Shown: piece by piece, positions 40,230 through 52,326 of the stretch
Layout of the letters: every line of letters starts with the position of its first letter
Numbering within the stretch: the stretch's first letter is position 1
Assembly: GCA_963828255.1 (NCBI GenBank)
Contig: CAWHDZ010000003.1
Coordinates: forward strand, 192,001 to 256,000
Reading direction: 5' to 3'
DNA length: 64,000 nucleotides
Source: an uncultured delta proteobacterium
GTDB lineage: Bacteria; Myxococcota; Myxococcia; Myxococcales; Anaeromyxobacteraceae
Translations under genes and position numbers: made by a program
Notes under the pieces: model-generated
What the model was told of the DNA's origin: nothing
Seen by the model: only the letters and a program-made list of their open reading frames with translations
Databases searched by the model: none

Positions 40230-40472
40230 CTACACCTTCTTCGACTCGGTGGGCGCCTGCTGGGGCGTGGCGGTCCGCTGCGCCTCGGCGATCTGTCCGG
40301 GCTCGCCCTTCTCGGGGGTGACGTCGATGGAGTCGTCGCCGCCCCCGGTGGCCTTCCGGAAGTTCTTGATTCCCTTGCCGAGGGCGTCGCCGAGCTGGGG
40401 GATCTTGTTGGCCCCGAAGATGAGCAGCACCACGACGAGGACGATGAGAATCTCGCCGAAACCGAGTCGCAT
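40230..40472 (-). CDS. tatA: Twin-arginine translocase TatA/E (second copy)
   Basis: [40 protein letters not shown]. Confidence 0.9.
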   Translation of the reverse strand: MRLGFGEILIVLVVVLLIFGANKIPQLGDALGKGIKNFRKATGGGDDSIDVTPEKGEPGQIAEAQRTATPQQAPTESKKV

Positions 40473-40492
40473 GGGAGGTAGCATAACGCGCC

Positions 40493-41263
40493 TTGACCCC
40501 TCCGAGCTACCCTTCGATCCCCGGGCGTCCCCTGGTCCTCGGCCACCGCGGCGCCAGCGCCGAGGCGCCCGAGAACACGCTGGCCGCCTTCCGCCGGTCG
40601 ATGGAGCTGGGCGCCGACGGGTTCGAGCTCGACGTCTGGCGCTGCGGGACCGGCGAGGCCGTGGTGATCCACGACGCCGACGCCGCCCGGACCGGGCACT
40701 CACGGCTCTCCGTGACGGCCGCACCGCTCCCCCTGCTGCGGGAGCTCGACGTGGGGCGCTGGAAGGGGGAGGCCTTCGCGGGCGAGCGGATTCCCACACT
40801 TCCCGAGGTGCTCGAGGCCTTCCCGTCCGCGGTGGTCAACGTGGAGCTGAAGAGCGGGCGCATCCCGGACCTGGGGCTCGCCGTGGAGGTGGTGCGCACG
40901 CTCCGGCAGCAGAGGGCCGAGGAGAGGGTGATCGTCTCCTCCTTCAGCGCCTCCCTGCTCGGCGCCTTCCGCTCGCTCGCCCCCGACGTCGCCACCGGGT
41001 TCCTGGTCGCGCCCGGGGCGGTGGCCTGGGCCCTGGCCGCGGCGGCGGTACGGGCCATCCGCCCCTCCGCCATCCACCTGGCGCGCGAGCTGGCCACCGC
41101 GGACCGGGTCTCCGCCTGGACCCGCGCCGGCCTGAACGTCCTGGTCTGGACGGTGGACGACCCGGGGGAGGTGGAGCGGCTCTCCCGGGCCGGCGTGGCG
41201 GCCCTGATCAGCAACCGGCCCGGCGTGGCCCGCGAGGCGGTGCGGCGCGCCGCCGGCCTGTAG
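40493..41263 (+). CDS. Glycerophosphodiester phosphodiesterase
   Basis: [29 protein letters not shown]. Confidence 0.92.
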   Translation: MTPPSYPSIPGRPLVLGHRGASAEAPENTLAAFRRSMELGADGFELDVWRCGTGEAVVIHDADAARTGHSRLSVTAAPLPLLRELDVGRWKGEAFAGERIPTLPEVLEAFPSAVVNVELKSGRIPDLGLAVEVVRTLRQQRAEERVIVSSFSASLLGAFRSLAPDVATGFLVAPGAVAWALAAAAVRAIRPSAIHLARELATADRVSAWTRAGLNVLVWTVDDPGEVERLSRAGVAALISNRPGVAREAVRRAAGL

Positions 41264-41283
41264 CGCCGCGGCGAGCCCCGCGC

Positions 41284-43464
<2,181 letters not shown>

Positions 43465-43515
43465 GTCGAGCCTCCGCGCCGTGGGCGGCGCACCGGATTC
43501 GAATAACCCACCGCT

Positions 43516-44322
43516 TCACCGTTCGCGAGGGGTTCCCGTGAGGAAGGTGGCCGCCGGACCCCGGGGGCGCGCCCAATCCACCCGCCACTCCATGTCGCCG
43601 GGGAGCCCGGCGGAGAGGGCCAGGAGCTCCTCCGGGCGGTAGCAGCGCAGGACCGAGACCACCCCGTCCCAGGTGACGAGGAGCGGGATCAGGGGCACGA
43701 CGTAGGTGAAGAGGAGGCGGGGGAACGTGACCGGCCGGAGGAAGGGCGTGACCAGCCACACCAGGAGCGGGGAGAGGAGGACGCCGAGGAGGGCGAGCGC
43801 GCTCCGCTCCACCGCCTCCGCGGCGAGGAGCGGCACGCCCCTCCGGGACGCATCGGCGAGCACCGCGCGCGCGACCGGCGGCGGCAGGTGGTGGAGCCCG
43901 TCGAAGACGGTCCGCACCCCCGCGAGCTCTTCCGGCACGGCGTCGGCGGGCACCGGCCCCAGGTGGCCGGCCACGCCCCGGGCGGCGCGGGCCTCGAGCC
44001 AGGTCCAGGTGTCTCCGTCCGGGTGCAGGTCGGTCAGGCGGATCCGGACCGGGCGCCCCAGCGCAGCCTCGACCATGGGTGAAAGAGCCGGCCAGGGGCC
44101 GCCCGCCCCGGAGCACAGGTCCACCACCTGGTCGGTCCCGCCGGCTCCCAGGAGTGCGGCGATGCGCGGGCCGGCAGGCTCGAAGAGCCGGGTGATCGTG
44201 ACGATGCCGCGAAGGTAGTCGCCGAGCCAGCGCCGGATCGGGCGCGGCAGGCCGGGGAGGTCGGTGAACTCGAAGAGCTGGAGGCGGGGCCAGCGCGCGG
44301 GCGGAAGCCGGAAGTCGTCCAC
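43516..44322 (-). CDS. Class I SAM-methyltransferase-like protein
   Basis: VVDLCSGAGGP motif I, LTDLHP, LHHL; hydrophobic segment near C-terminus. Confidence 0.7.
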   Translation of the reverse strand: MDDFRLPPARWPRLQLFEFTDLPGLPRPIRRWLGDYLRGIVTITRLFEPAGPRIAALLGAGGTDQVVDLCSGAGGPWPALSPMVEAALGRPVRIRLTDLHPDGDTWTWLEARAARGVAGHLGPVPADAVPEELAGVRTVFDGLHHLPPPVARAVLADASRRGVPLLAAEAVERSALALLGVLLSPLLVWLVTPFLRPVTFPRLLFTYVVPLIPLLVTWDGVVSVLRCYRPEELLALSAGLPGDMEWRVDWARPRGPAATFLTGTPRER

Positions 44323-44325
44323 CGG

Positions 44326-45765
44326 TCACCCCTTGACGACGCCCATCGGCTCGAGCCGGGCCACGACCCGCGCCAGCCCGGCCCGCTCCACCACCGACAC
44401 CACCCGGGTCACGTCCTTGTAGGCCTCGCTCATCTCCTCGGCGAGCGTGTGCTTGCCCCGGGAGATCACCTCGATGCCCCTGTCGGCGAGCTCGCGGTGG
44501 ATGGAGCGGCCACGGGCCGCCTTCATGGCCTGGTGGCGCGAGAGGATCCGCCCGGCCCCGTGGCAGGAGCTGCCGAAGGTCTCGGTCATGGCCCCGGCCG
44601 CGCCGGCCAGGACGTACGAGCAGCGCCCCATGTCGCCCGGGACGAGCACCGGCTGGCCGACCTCCCGGTAGGGGGCCGGGACGCGCGGGTCGCCGGGGCC
44701 GAAGGCGCGGGTGGCCCCCTTCCGGTGGACGAGGAGGCGGCGGCTCCGCCCCTCCACCATGTGCTCCTCGTGCTTGGCCACGTTGTGGCAGACGTCGTAG
44801 ACGACCCGTGCGCCCATGTCGCCCTCGGAGAGCGAGAGGGCGCGGCGCAGCGCCCGGACCGCCAGGCCGGTCATGACCTGCCGGTTGGCCCAGGCGTAGT
44901 TGGCGGCCGCGCTCATGGCGGCCAGGTACTCCCGGCCGGCGGGGCTCCGCACCGGTGCACAGGCCAGCTGCGGGTCGGGGATCGACGCGTAGTCCGGGCC
45001 GTGGCGGGACATGGCAGGGCGAAGCGCGGCCAGCGCGTCCTCGCAGACCTGGTGGCCGAGCCCCCTCGACCCCGAGTGGATCTGGACGGCCAGGTCGCCG
45101 GGGACGAGCCCGAAGGCGAGCGCGGCCGGCTCGTCGAACACCTCGGCCACCACGTCGAGCTCGAGGAAGTGGTTGCCGCTCCCCAGCGTGCCGAGCTGGT
45201 CCGCGCCGCGCTCCCGGGCCCGCTCCCCCACGGCCGCCGGGTCGGCGCCCCCGAGGGCGCCCCCCTCCTCGCAGTTCTCCACGTCGCCGGACGATGCGCC
45301 GAAGCCGCGCGCCAGGGCCCAGCGGGCCCCCTGCACCAGCACCGCGTCGAGGTCGCGGCCGGAGAGGCGGGGGATGGCCGCGCTCGCCCCCACGCCGGTG
45401 GGCACGTCCTGGAAGATCAGGGAGAGGGCCTGGTGGAGCCGCGGGCGGACCTCGCCGGCGGGGACGCGCGTGGAGAGGAGGCGCACCCCGCAGTTGATGT
45501 CGTAGCCCACCCCGCCGGGCGAGACCGCGCCGTGATCGGGGTCCACCGCGGCCACCCCACCGATGGGAAACCCATACCCCCAGTGCATGTCGGGCATGGC
45601 CAGAGAGGCGCCCACGATCCCGGGCAGGTAGGCCACGTTGGCCACCTGCCGCAGCGCCGGGTCGTCGGGCGAGGGCATGCCGTCCGCGTAGACCCGGCCG
45701 GGGACGCGCATGCCCCCCTCGCGCGGGATCTCCCAGAGCCAGTCGTGGATGCGGCGCAGCTGCAC
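44326..45765 (-). CDS. rtcB: RtcB RNA ligase (long type)
   Basis: MPDMHWGYGFPIG, GYDINCG, LGSGNHF, HSGSRG, HRKGAT, CHGAGR. Confidence 0.95.
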   Translation of the reverse strand: MQLRRIHDWLWEIPREGGMRVPGRVYADGMPSPDDPALRQVANVAYLPGIVGASLAMPDMHWGYGFPIGGVAAVDPDHGAVSPGGVGYDINCGVRLLSTRVPAGEVRPRLHQALSLIFQDVPTGVGASAAIPRLSGRDLDAVLVQGARWALARGFGASSGDVENCEEGGALGGADPAAVGERARERGADQLGTLGSGNHFLELDVVAEVFDEPAALAFGLVPGDLAVQIHSGSRGLGHQVCEDALAALRPAMSRHGPDYASIPDPQLACAPVRSPAGREYLAAMSAAANYAWANRQVMTGLAVRALRRALSLSEGDMGARVVYDVCHNVAKHEEHMVEGRSRRLLVHRKGATRAFGPGDPRVPAPYREVGQPVLVPGDMGRCSYVLAGAAGAMTETFGSSCHGAGRILSRHQAMKAARGRSIHRELADRGIEVISRGKHTLAEEMSEAYKDVTRVVSVVERAGLARVVARLEPMGVVKG

Positions 45766-45774
45766 GCGCCAATC

Positions 45775-47187
45775 CTACACGGCCGGGGGGCGCCGGGCGG
45801 CCGGGGCGGCCCCCGGCCTGCCGTGGATGGGCAGGATCTCGCGGGAAGCCACGCGCCGGAAGCGCAGGAAGAGGGCCACCGCCACCGCCGAGAGCCCGAT
45901 GAGCAGCCCCCACCAGAGCCCGGTGATTCCCCATCCCAGGCCGAGCCCGAGCCAGAGGGCGGCCGGCATGCCCAGCGCCCAGTGGCCCGCCAGGTTGGCC
46001 CAGAGGGTGAACCGGGTGTCCCCCGCGCCGCGCAGGACCCCCGCTCCGACCGCCTGGATCCCGTCGGAGACCTGGAAGAGCCCGGCCACGACGAGCAGCG
46101 GCGTGGTGGCGGCGACCACCGCCGGGTCGGAGCTCATGGCCCGCGCGAAGAGCCCCGGGAAGAGGACGAAGGCAAAGCCCCAGGCCGACATCAGGGCCGC
46201 CCCGGTCCCGAAGGCCACCATCCCGGCGCGGCGCGCGGCGGGCGAGTCGCCGGAGCCGACCGCCCAGCCCACACGGACGGACCCGGCGTAGCCGATGCCC
46301 ACGGCCGCGTTGAAGGAGAAGGATGCCAGCGCGATGGCCACCTGGTGGGCCGCCATGGGCACCGCGCCGAGGCGCCCGGCCAGGATCCCCACCATGGCGA
46401 AGAGGCCGACCTCGGCGGCCATGTGGAGGCCGACCGGCGCCCCCACATCCACTGCCAGCCGCATCTCGCGGAGCACCGGCCGGCGCACCCAGCGCCCTTC
46501 CACCGGAATCCGCCCGGCGGCCCAGGCCACGAAGGCCGCCTGGAGCCAGGTGGCGACCGCGGTGGCGATGCCCGAGCCCACCGCGCCGAGCGCCGGGATG
46601 GCGCGCAGAGGTCCGGCCCATGCGGGCAGGGTCGCGCCGCCGAAGACCAGCAGGAGGTCGAGGAGCAGGTTCACCACGTTGGCCATCACCGCCGAGAGCA
46701 CGACCGCCCGGGGCGCGTTCGAGCCCTGGAGGTAGGAGCGCGCGGCGAAGAAGAAGAGCAGGGCGGGAAGGCTGGGCAACCGGGCCAGGAGGTGGCCGGA
46801 GGCCTGCGACGCCACCTCGGGCGCGATCCCCAGCGGACCGAGCAGGAGCGGGACGAAGCCCAGCGGGACGCAGAGGAGCGTGCCGATGACCAGGGAGAGC
46901 CAGGCCCCCTGCCAGAGGAAGTGGCGGGCGCGCCTGTCGTCCCCGGCGCCGAGTGCCTGCGACACCAGCGGGTCGAGGCCCATCATCGTGCCCATGCCCA
47001 GCACCGACACGGCGAAGAAGAGGAGCGACCCGAGCCCGACCCCGGCCAGCTGCGCCGCCCCGGCCCGTCCGACCACGGCCGCGTCCACCACGCCCATGAG
47101 CGACTGCCCGGCGTTGGCGATCGCCAGCGGAATGGCGAGCCGGACGAGCGCGCGCACCTCGGTGCGGGTGGGGGAGGAGGGCTTCAC
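45775..47187 (-). CDS. MATE efflux transporter (NorM-like)
   Basis: ~12 TM, LAIPL, AAHQVA, FQVSDGIQ..LRGAGDT. Confidence 0.92.
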   Translation of the reverse strand: MKPSSPTRTEVRALVRLAIPLAIANAGQSLMGVVDAAVVGRAGAAQLAGVGLGSLLFFAVSVLGMGTMMGLDPLVSQALGAGDDRRARHFLWQGAWLSLVIGTLLCVPLGFVPLLLGPLGIAPEVASQASGHLLARLPSLPALLFFFAARSYLQGSNAPRAVVLSAVMANVVNLLLDLLLVFGGATLPAWAGPLRAIPALGAVGSGIATAVATWLQAAFVAWAAGRIPVEGRWVRRPVLREMRLAVDVGAPVGLHMAAEVGLFAMVGILAGRLGAVPMAAHQVAIALASFSFNAAVGIGYAGSVRVGWAVGSGDSPAARRAGMVAFGTGAALMSAWGFAFVLFPGLFARAMSSDPAVVAATTPLLVVAGLFQVSDGIQAVGAGVLRGAGDTRFTLWANLAGHWALGMPAALWLGLGLGWGITGLWWGLLIGLSAVAVALFLRFRRVASREILPIHGRPGAAPAARRPPAV

Positions 47188-47214
47188 GGGCGGGCGAACA
47201 TAACGGGACCGGCC

Positions 47215-48618
47215 ATGGCGGCAAAGCGGGTAAGCTCGAAGGCCTGGATGGTCACCGGCTCCGCGCGCTCACCCTGGTGGGGATTCTCCGCCGTGTCGGT
47301 GGGGGTCTTCATGGCCACGCTGGACGGGAGCGTCGTCAACGTGGCGCTTCCGGACATCCGGGGGCACTTCGGCGCCTCCATCGGGAGCGTCGAGTCGGTG
47401 GTGAGTGTCTACCTCCTGGTCATCTCCGCGGCCCTGCTCTCGGCCGGCAGGCTCGGCGACGTGGTGGGGCGGCGGCGGGTCTTCACCGGGGGGATGCTCC
47501 TTTTCACCCTGGGTTCAGGGCTGTGCGGCTTCGCCTGGTCGCTGCCGGCCCTGGTGGCGGCGCGCGGGGTGCAGGCGCTGGGGGCCTCGGCCATGATGTC
47601 GATGGCGCCCGCCATCTTGACCGCGATCTTCCCCCGCGCACGGCGGGGGCAGGCGCTCGGGGCGGTCTCCAGCGTGGTTGCTGCCGGCCTCACCGCCGGT
47701 GCACCCATCGGCGGGGCCATCCTCTCCTTCACCTCCTGGCACGCCATCTTCCTGGTGAACCTGCCGGTCGGCGTCGCCGGCGCCGTCTGGGCGTGGCGCA
47801 CGCTTCCGGAGGAACCCGCCGGGGAGCGGCCGCCCTTCGACTGGCCGGGAGCGCTCTGGCTGGGCGCGGCGCTGGCCACCGCCATCGGCGCGCTGGAGGC
47901 CGCCCCGCACTCCGGCCGCCTGGCCGCAGGCCTCGTCGCCACGGCCGGGGCGGCGTCGTTCCTCCTCTGGCGGACCGAGCGGGCCCGCACGGCGCCGCTG
48001 GTGGACCCGGCGCTGCTCGGGGACCGGACCATCTCGCTGGGGCTCGTGGCGGCCCTCCTCTCCTACGCCGCGGTCTTCCACCAGATGCTGCTCTCCCCCT
48101 TCTTCCTCGCCGACGTGAAGGGGCTCGGGCAGATGAAGCTCGCCGCTGCGCTGACCGTCGTCCCCATCTCCCTCATGCTCACCTCGCCCCTCTCGGGCTG
48201 GTTCTCCGACCGGCACGGGCCGCGGATTCCCCAGGCGGCGGGCGGCGCGATGCTGGCGGCCGGGCTGGCCTGGCTCGCCCTCGCCGACGCAGGGACCCCG
48301 ATGTGGGCCATCGCCTGCGGGCTCGCGCTGGAGGGGGGCGGGATGGGGCTCTTCCAGCCGCCCAACAACAGCGCGGTGATGGGGGCGCTCCCGCCGGGGA
48401 AGCTGGGCTCGGGCGGGGGGCTCCTCGCAACGGCGCGCAACGTGGGCATGGTGCTGGGGGTGGCGACCGGCGGGTTGCTCTTCGAGATCGGGGAGCGGAC
48501 CTCGTTCCTGGTCGGCTGGCGGCTCGCGCTGGGGTCGGGGGCGGTGCTGGCGCTCGGCGCGGGGATGCTCGCGCTCGTGAAGCCGGGCGACAATCGCGTC
48601 GAGCGCTTCGGCTCGTAG
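47215..48618 (+). CDS. MFS transporter, DHA2-like
   Basis: LDGSVVNVALP, GRLGDVVGRRR, WHAIFLVNLPVG. Confidence 0.9.
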   Translation: MAAKRVSSKAWMVTGSARSPWWGFSAVSVGVFMATLDGSVVNVALPDIRGHFGASIGSVESVVSVYLLVISAALLSAGRLGDVVGRRRVFTGGMLLFTLGSGLCGFAWSLPALVAARGVQALGASAMMSMAPAILTAIFPRARRGQALGAVSSVVAAGLTAGAPIGGAILSFTSWHAIFLVNLPVGVAGAVWAWRTLPEEPAGERPPFDWPGALWLGAALATAIGALEAAPHSGRLAAGLVATAGAASFLLWRTERARTAPLVDPALLGDRTISLGLVAALLSYAAVFHQMLLSPFFLADVKGLGQMKLAAALTVVPISLMLTSPLSGWFSDRHGPRIPQAAGGAMLAAGLAWLALADAGTPMWAIACGLALEGGGMGLFQPPNNSAVMGALPPGKLGSGGGLLATARNVGMVLGVATGGLLFEIGERTSFLVGWRLALGSGAVLALGAGMLALVKPGDNRVERFGS

Positions 48619-48674
48619 CACCCCGGTACTCCCCGGTACTGGACGGACATTCAGAGCCGTGGCACGATGCCCGC

Positions 48675-49199
48675 GTGGTGGTCGTCGGCGTCGATCCGGG
48701 CACGCAGCGGTGCGGCTACGGTGTGGTGGCGAGGACGGGTTCCCGGCTCCGGGTGGTCGAGTCGGGAGTGCTCGTGCCGGGCGACCATGACCTGCCGCGC
48801 CGGCTCGCCATCATCCTCGACGGGCTCGAGGCCCTCTTCGCACGGGCCGGGGCCGAAGCCGTGGCGGTCGAGACCGTGTTCGCCGGGGTGTCGCCCCGTT
48901 CCGCGCTGGTCCTCGGGCAGGCCCGCGGGGTGGTGCTCGCCGCCGCCGCCCGGTCCGGCATCCCGGTGGTGGAGTACGCGCCCCAGCAGGCCAAGCTCGC
49001 CCTGACCGGAAACGGCCGGGCCGAGAAGGCGCAGATGGTCCACATGGTCCGCGCCCTCTTCGGCGTCGAGGCGGTGCTCGCCGACGAGGCCGACGCCATC
49101 GCGCTCGCGGTCTGCCACATCGGGCGGGGACCACACCGCGCACCGCCGCCGCGGCGCACGCCGCTGCCGCGCCCCCGCCGCGCCCGGGGTGCCGCGTGA
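48675..49199 (+). CDS. ruvC: Holliday junction resolvase
   Basis: [38 protein letters not shown]. Confidence 0.93.
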   Translation: MVVVGVDPGTQRCGYGVVARTGSRLRVVESGVLVPGDHDLPRRLAIILDGLEALFARAGAEAVAVETVFAGVSPRSALVLGQARGVVLAAAARSGIPVVEYAPQQAKLALTGNGRAEKAQMVHMVRALFGVEAVLADEADAIALAVCHIGRGPHRAPPPRRTPLPRPRRARGAA

Positions 49200-49786
49200 T
49201 CGCCCACGTCGAGGGGACGGTCGTCGAGAAGCGCGAGGGCGCGGTGGTTCTCGACGTGAACGGCGTCGGATACCTTCTCCACGTCTCGGCCACCTGCCTG
49301 GCCGCCCTTCCACCCGGGGAGCGGGTCCGGCTGCGCTCGTACATGCACGTCCGGGAGGACGCGCTCGACCTCTTCGGCTTCGCCACCGAGGAGGAGGAGG
49401 AGGTATTCCGCGCGCTCATCGGCGTGAAGGGCGTCGGCCCGCGCGCGGCGCAGAACATCCTCTCCGGCATCGAGCCGCGCGACCTGGCGGCCGCAGTGGC
49501 CACGGGCGACGTGGCCCGGCTCACCAAGGTGCCGGGCATCGGCAAGAAGACCGCCGAGCGGCTGGTGCTCGAGCTGAAGGACAAGCTGCTCGCGCTGGCC
49601 CGCGCCGCCTCGCCGCGAAGGGGCGGCCCGCGCGGCGGGGTCTCCGAGCAGCTCGAGCAGGCCCTCGTCGGCCTCGGCTACAAGCCCCAGCAGGCCACCC
49701 AGGCGGTCGAGTCGCTGGCCGGTTCCACGGATGGGCGCACCCTCGAGGAGCTCCTGCGCGACGCCCTGAAGCGGCTGCGCGGGTAG
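49196..49786 (+). CDS. ruvA: Holliday junction branch migration protein
   Basis: [33 protein letters not shown]. Confidence 0.95.
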   Translation: MIAHVEGTVVEKREGAVVLDVNGVGYLLHVSATCLAALPPGERVRLRSYMHVREDALDLFGFATEEEEEVFRALIGVKGVGPRAAQNILSGIEPRDLAAAVATGDVARLTKVPGIGKKTAERLVLELKDKLLALARAASPRRGGPRGGVSEQLEQALVGLGYKPQQATQAVESLAGSTDGRTLEELLRDALKRLRG

Positions 49787-49805
49787 GCTTCCGCCCGCAG
49801 CGCCC

Positions 49806-50201
49806 TCATTCCACGAAGATGGTCACGGTCGCCGCCGGCTGGTGCACCGCGGTCCAGGTCACGGCGCCCAGGTCGGTGAGGGGCGGGGTCACCGCGCTCG
49901 CGTCGGCCGGCACCTGGATGTCGAAGGGGAGGGTGGGGTCGGCCGTGAAGTAGTAGAGCGTCGGGTCGCCATTGATGAAGAAGATGGGAGTCCGGGCCGC
50001 CACGTGGATGCACCACGGGTTGCAGACGCCGGCCGAGATCCTCACGGTGTCCGACGGGACCGCGGCGGCGCGGGTGCACGGGACGACCGGGCCCGGGGGC
50101 GGGGGCGGCTCGATCCGCCCGCACGCGGCGACCACCAGCGCGGCGGCGGCCGAGGCCACCGCGCGAAAGAAGCCCAATCGCCCGTCATGCCGGTCGGACA
50201 C
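49806..50201 (-). CDS. Small hypothetical lipoprotein (cupredoxin-like beta sandwich?); start uncertain
   Basis: VVAA-C lipobox, poly-Pro linker, beta-rich domain; fills the ruvA-ruvB gap. Confidence 0.55.
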   Translation of the reverse strand: MSDRHDGRLGFFRAVASAAAALVVAACGRIEPPPPPGPVVPCTRAAAVPSDTVRISAGVCNPWCIHVAARTPIFFINGDPTLYYFTADPTLPFDIQVPADASAVTPPLTDLGAVTWTAVHQPAATVTIFVE

Positions 50202-50219
50202 GGGTGCTACATTACCCGC

Positions 50220-51248
50220 ATGTCGGTACGGCCGGCGCGCGACGTTTCGGGGAAGGCCCAGGAGGGCGAGGAGCGGCTCGAGCAGTCGCTCCGGCCGGCC
50301 AGCTTCGACGAGTACGTCGGGCAGAAGAAGCTCGTGGACAACTTCCGGGTCTACTCCCAGGCGGCCCGGAAGCGCGGCGAGGCCCTCGACCACGTGCTCC
50401 TCTCGGGCCCTCCGGGCCTGGGCAAGACCTCGCTCGCCCACATCCTCTCCACCGAGCTGGGCGTCGCGCTCCACGTGACGAGCGGCCCCGCCCTCGTGAA
50501 GAAGGGCGACCTGGCCGGCCTGCTCACCGCGCTCGCGCCGCGCGACATCCTCTTCATCGACGAGATCCACCGGCTCTCCCCCGCCGTGGAGGAGGCCCTC
50601 TACCCGGCCATGGAGGACTACCGCTTCGACGTGGTCCTCGGCGCCGGCCTGGGCGCCCAGACCATGGAGATGAAGCTCGAGCGCTTCACCCTGGTGGGAG
50701 CCACCACCCGCACCGGGCTCCTGGCCAGCCCCCTGCGCGACCGGTTCCCCATCCAGGAGCGGCTCGACTACTACGCCCCGGCCGACCTCATGGAGATCGC
50801 CGTCCGGGCGGCGCGCAAGCTCGCGCTCCCGGTGGACCCCGCCGGCGTCGAGGAACTGGCCCGCCGGGCCCGCGGCACGCCGCGCATCGCCATCCGGCTG
50901 CTGCTCCGGGCCCGCGATTTCGCCCAGGTCGAGGGGAACGGCCGGATCGACCCGGCCATCGTCCAGCGAACGCTCACGCGGCTCGAGGTGGACGCCTCCG
51001 GGCTCGACGCCATGGACCGGCGCATCCTCACGGTCGTGGTGGACGTCTTCGGCGGAGGCCCGGTGGGAATCGAGGCCATCGCCGCGGCGGTGGGCGAGGA
51101 GCGGGACACCATCGAGGACGTCTACGAACCGTTCCTGGTGCGGGAGGGATACCTGGCGCGCACCCCGCGCGGCCGCGTGGCGCTGCCGCCCGCCTACGCG
51201 CACCTGGGGCGCGACCGCCCCCGCGGAGGCCAGGACCCGCTCTTCTAG
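50220..51248 (+). CDS. ruvB: Holliday junction helicase
   Basis: LRP, GPPGLGKT, FIDEIHR, GATTR, LRDRF, RTPRGR. Confidence 0.96.
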   Translation: MSVRPARDVSGKAQEGEERLEQSLRPASFDEYVGQKKLVDNFRVYSQAARKRGEALDHVLLSGPPGLGKTSLAHILSTELGVALHVTSGPALVKKGDLAGLLTALAPRDILFIDEIHRLSPAVEEALYPAMEDYRFDVVLGAGLGAQTMEMKLERFTLVGATTRTGLLASPLRDRFPIQERLDYYAPADLMEIAVRAARKLALPVDPAGVEELARRARGTPRIAIRLLLRARDFAQVEGNGRIDPAIVQRTLTRLEVDASGLDAMDRRILTVVVDVFGGGPVGIEAIAAAVGEERDTIEDVYEPFLVREGYLARTPRGRVALPPAYAHLGRDRPRGGQDPLF

Positions 51249-51252
51249 GGCA

Positions 51253-52008
51253 TCACGCGGATCCGCGACGCCGCTGCGTCGCCATCACCAGCGTCTTCGT
51301 CACCACCCACCCGAAGACGAACCCGCCCACGTGGGCGAAGAATGCCACGCCCGATCCGATCCCTCCCAGGAAGGCAAGGAACACCTGCAGGACGAACCAG
51401 AGCCCGATGAAGAATCCCGCCGGGAGATGGACGATGCGGATGAAGAAGAAGATCGGGATGGCGGTGAGCACGCGCGCCCGCGGGAAGAACACCATGTACG
51501 CGGCCATCACCCCGGCGATGGCGCCGCTCGCGCCCACCATGGGCATGAGCGGATCACCCTGCGCCAGCGAGAGCAACGTCTGGGCCGCGGCGGCGGCGAT
51601 CCCGCTCGCCAGGTAGAAGCCGAGGAAGCGCACCCGACCCAGCACGTCCTCGACGTTGGGACCGAACACCCAGAGAAAGAGCAGGTTCCCGAGCAGGTGG
51701 AGGATCCCGCCGTGGAGGAACATGCTCGTGAGGACCGTGAAGGGGGGCGGGACCAGGTCTCGCGGCCCGATGTCCCGGAAGGTCACCACCTCCCAGGGGA
51801 TGGCGCCTCCGATGAGCGCGGTGTAGTTGATCCCCTGCTCGAACCTCGCCAGGACCTCGCCGAAGGGCAGGCCCGGCACCTTGGCCACCCCGGTGATCCG
51901 GAACGCGAACCAGGCCTGCCAGCCGAAGGCCAGGGCGTTCGCCACCAGGAGCGCCCACGTCACGGTCGGGACCCGGTGGACCGGAATGTCGTTCTTGAGC
52001 GGGATCAC
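51253..52008 (-). CDS. Rhomboid intramembrane serine protease
   Basis: SMFLHGG..HLLGN, GASG, AHVGG. Confidence 0.92.
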   Translation of the reverse strand: MIPLKNDIPVHRVPTVTWALLVANALAFGWQAWFAFRITGVAKVPGLPFGEVLARFEQGINYTALIGGAIPWEVVTFRDIGPRDLVPPPFTVLTSMFLHGGILHLLGNLLFLWVFGPNVEDVLGRVRFLGFYLASGIAAAAAQTLLSLAQGDPLMPMVGASGAIAGVMAAYMVFFPRARVLTAIPIFFFIRIVHLPAGFFIGLWFVLQVFLAFLGGIGSGVAFFAHVGGFVFGWVVTKTLVMATQRRRGSA

Positions 52009-52239
52009 GTCGATCGAGGCGCGGGGCGGCTGTCGGTGGCGCCGCAGGAGGTCGTATACCCGAATCCGCCAGGGACTGCGCAGGCCTGCAGAGCCGCGAC
52101 AAGATTGTCAGGGTTGTTCGGCAAGGGAGACAGGGTGTCAGCTCGACAAGAACTGGCCATCTGGCGCATTCCGGGTTAAAACGTCGTCATATCGGAAGGA
52201 TATGGTCATTCCCTCCTTCCGTCCGGAACCACGGTACCC

Positions 52240-52255
52240 AGGCATTGTTATTGCT
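52240..52255 (+). promoter_or_regulatory. Candidate sigma54 (-24/-12) promoter upstream of lpxC
   Basis: AGGCATTGTTATTGCT = GG-N10-GC with TTGC; GACA..TGTC palindromes at 52098-52148. Confidence 0.5.
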
Positions 52256-52326
52256 CTTTAACCCGCCGCGCCGATTTTACGCGGTGCGGCATGGCGGGTC
52301 GGTGGCAGCTTGGGAGGCATCGAGAC

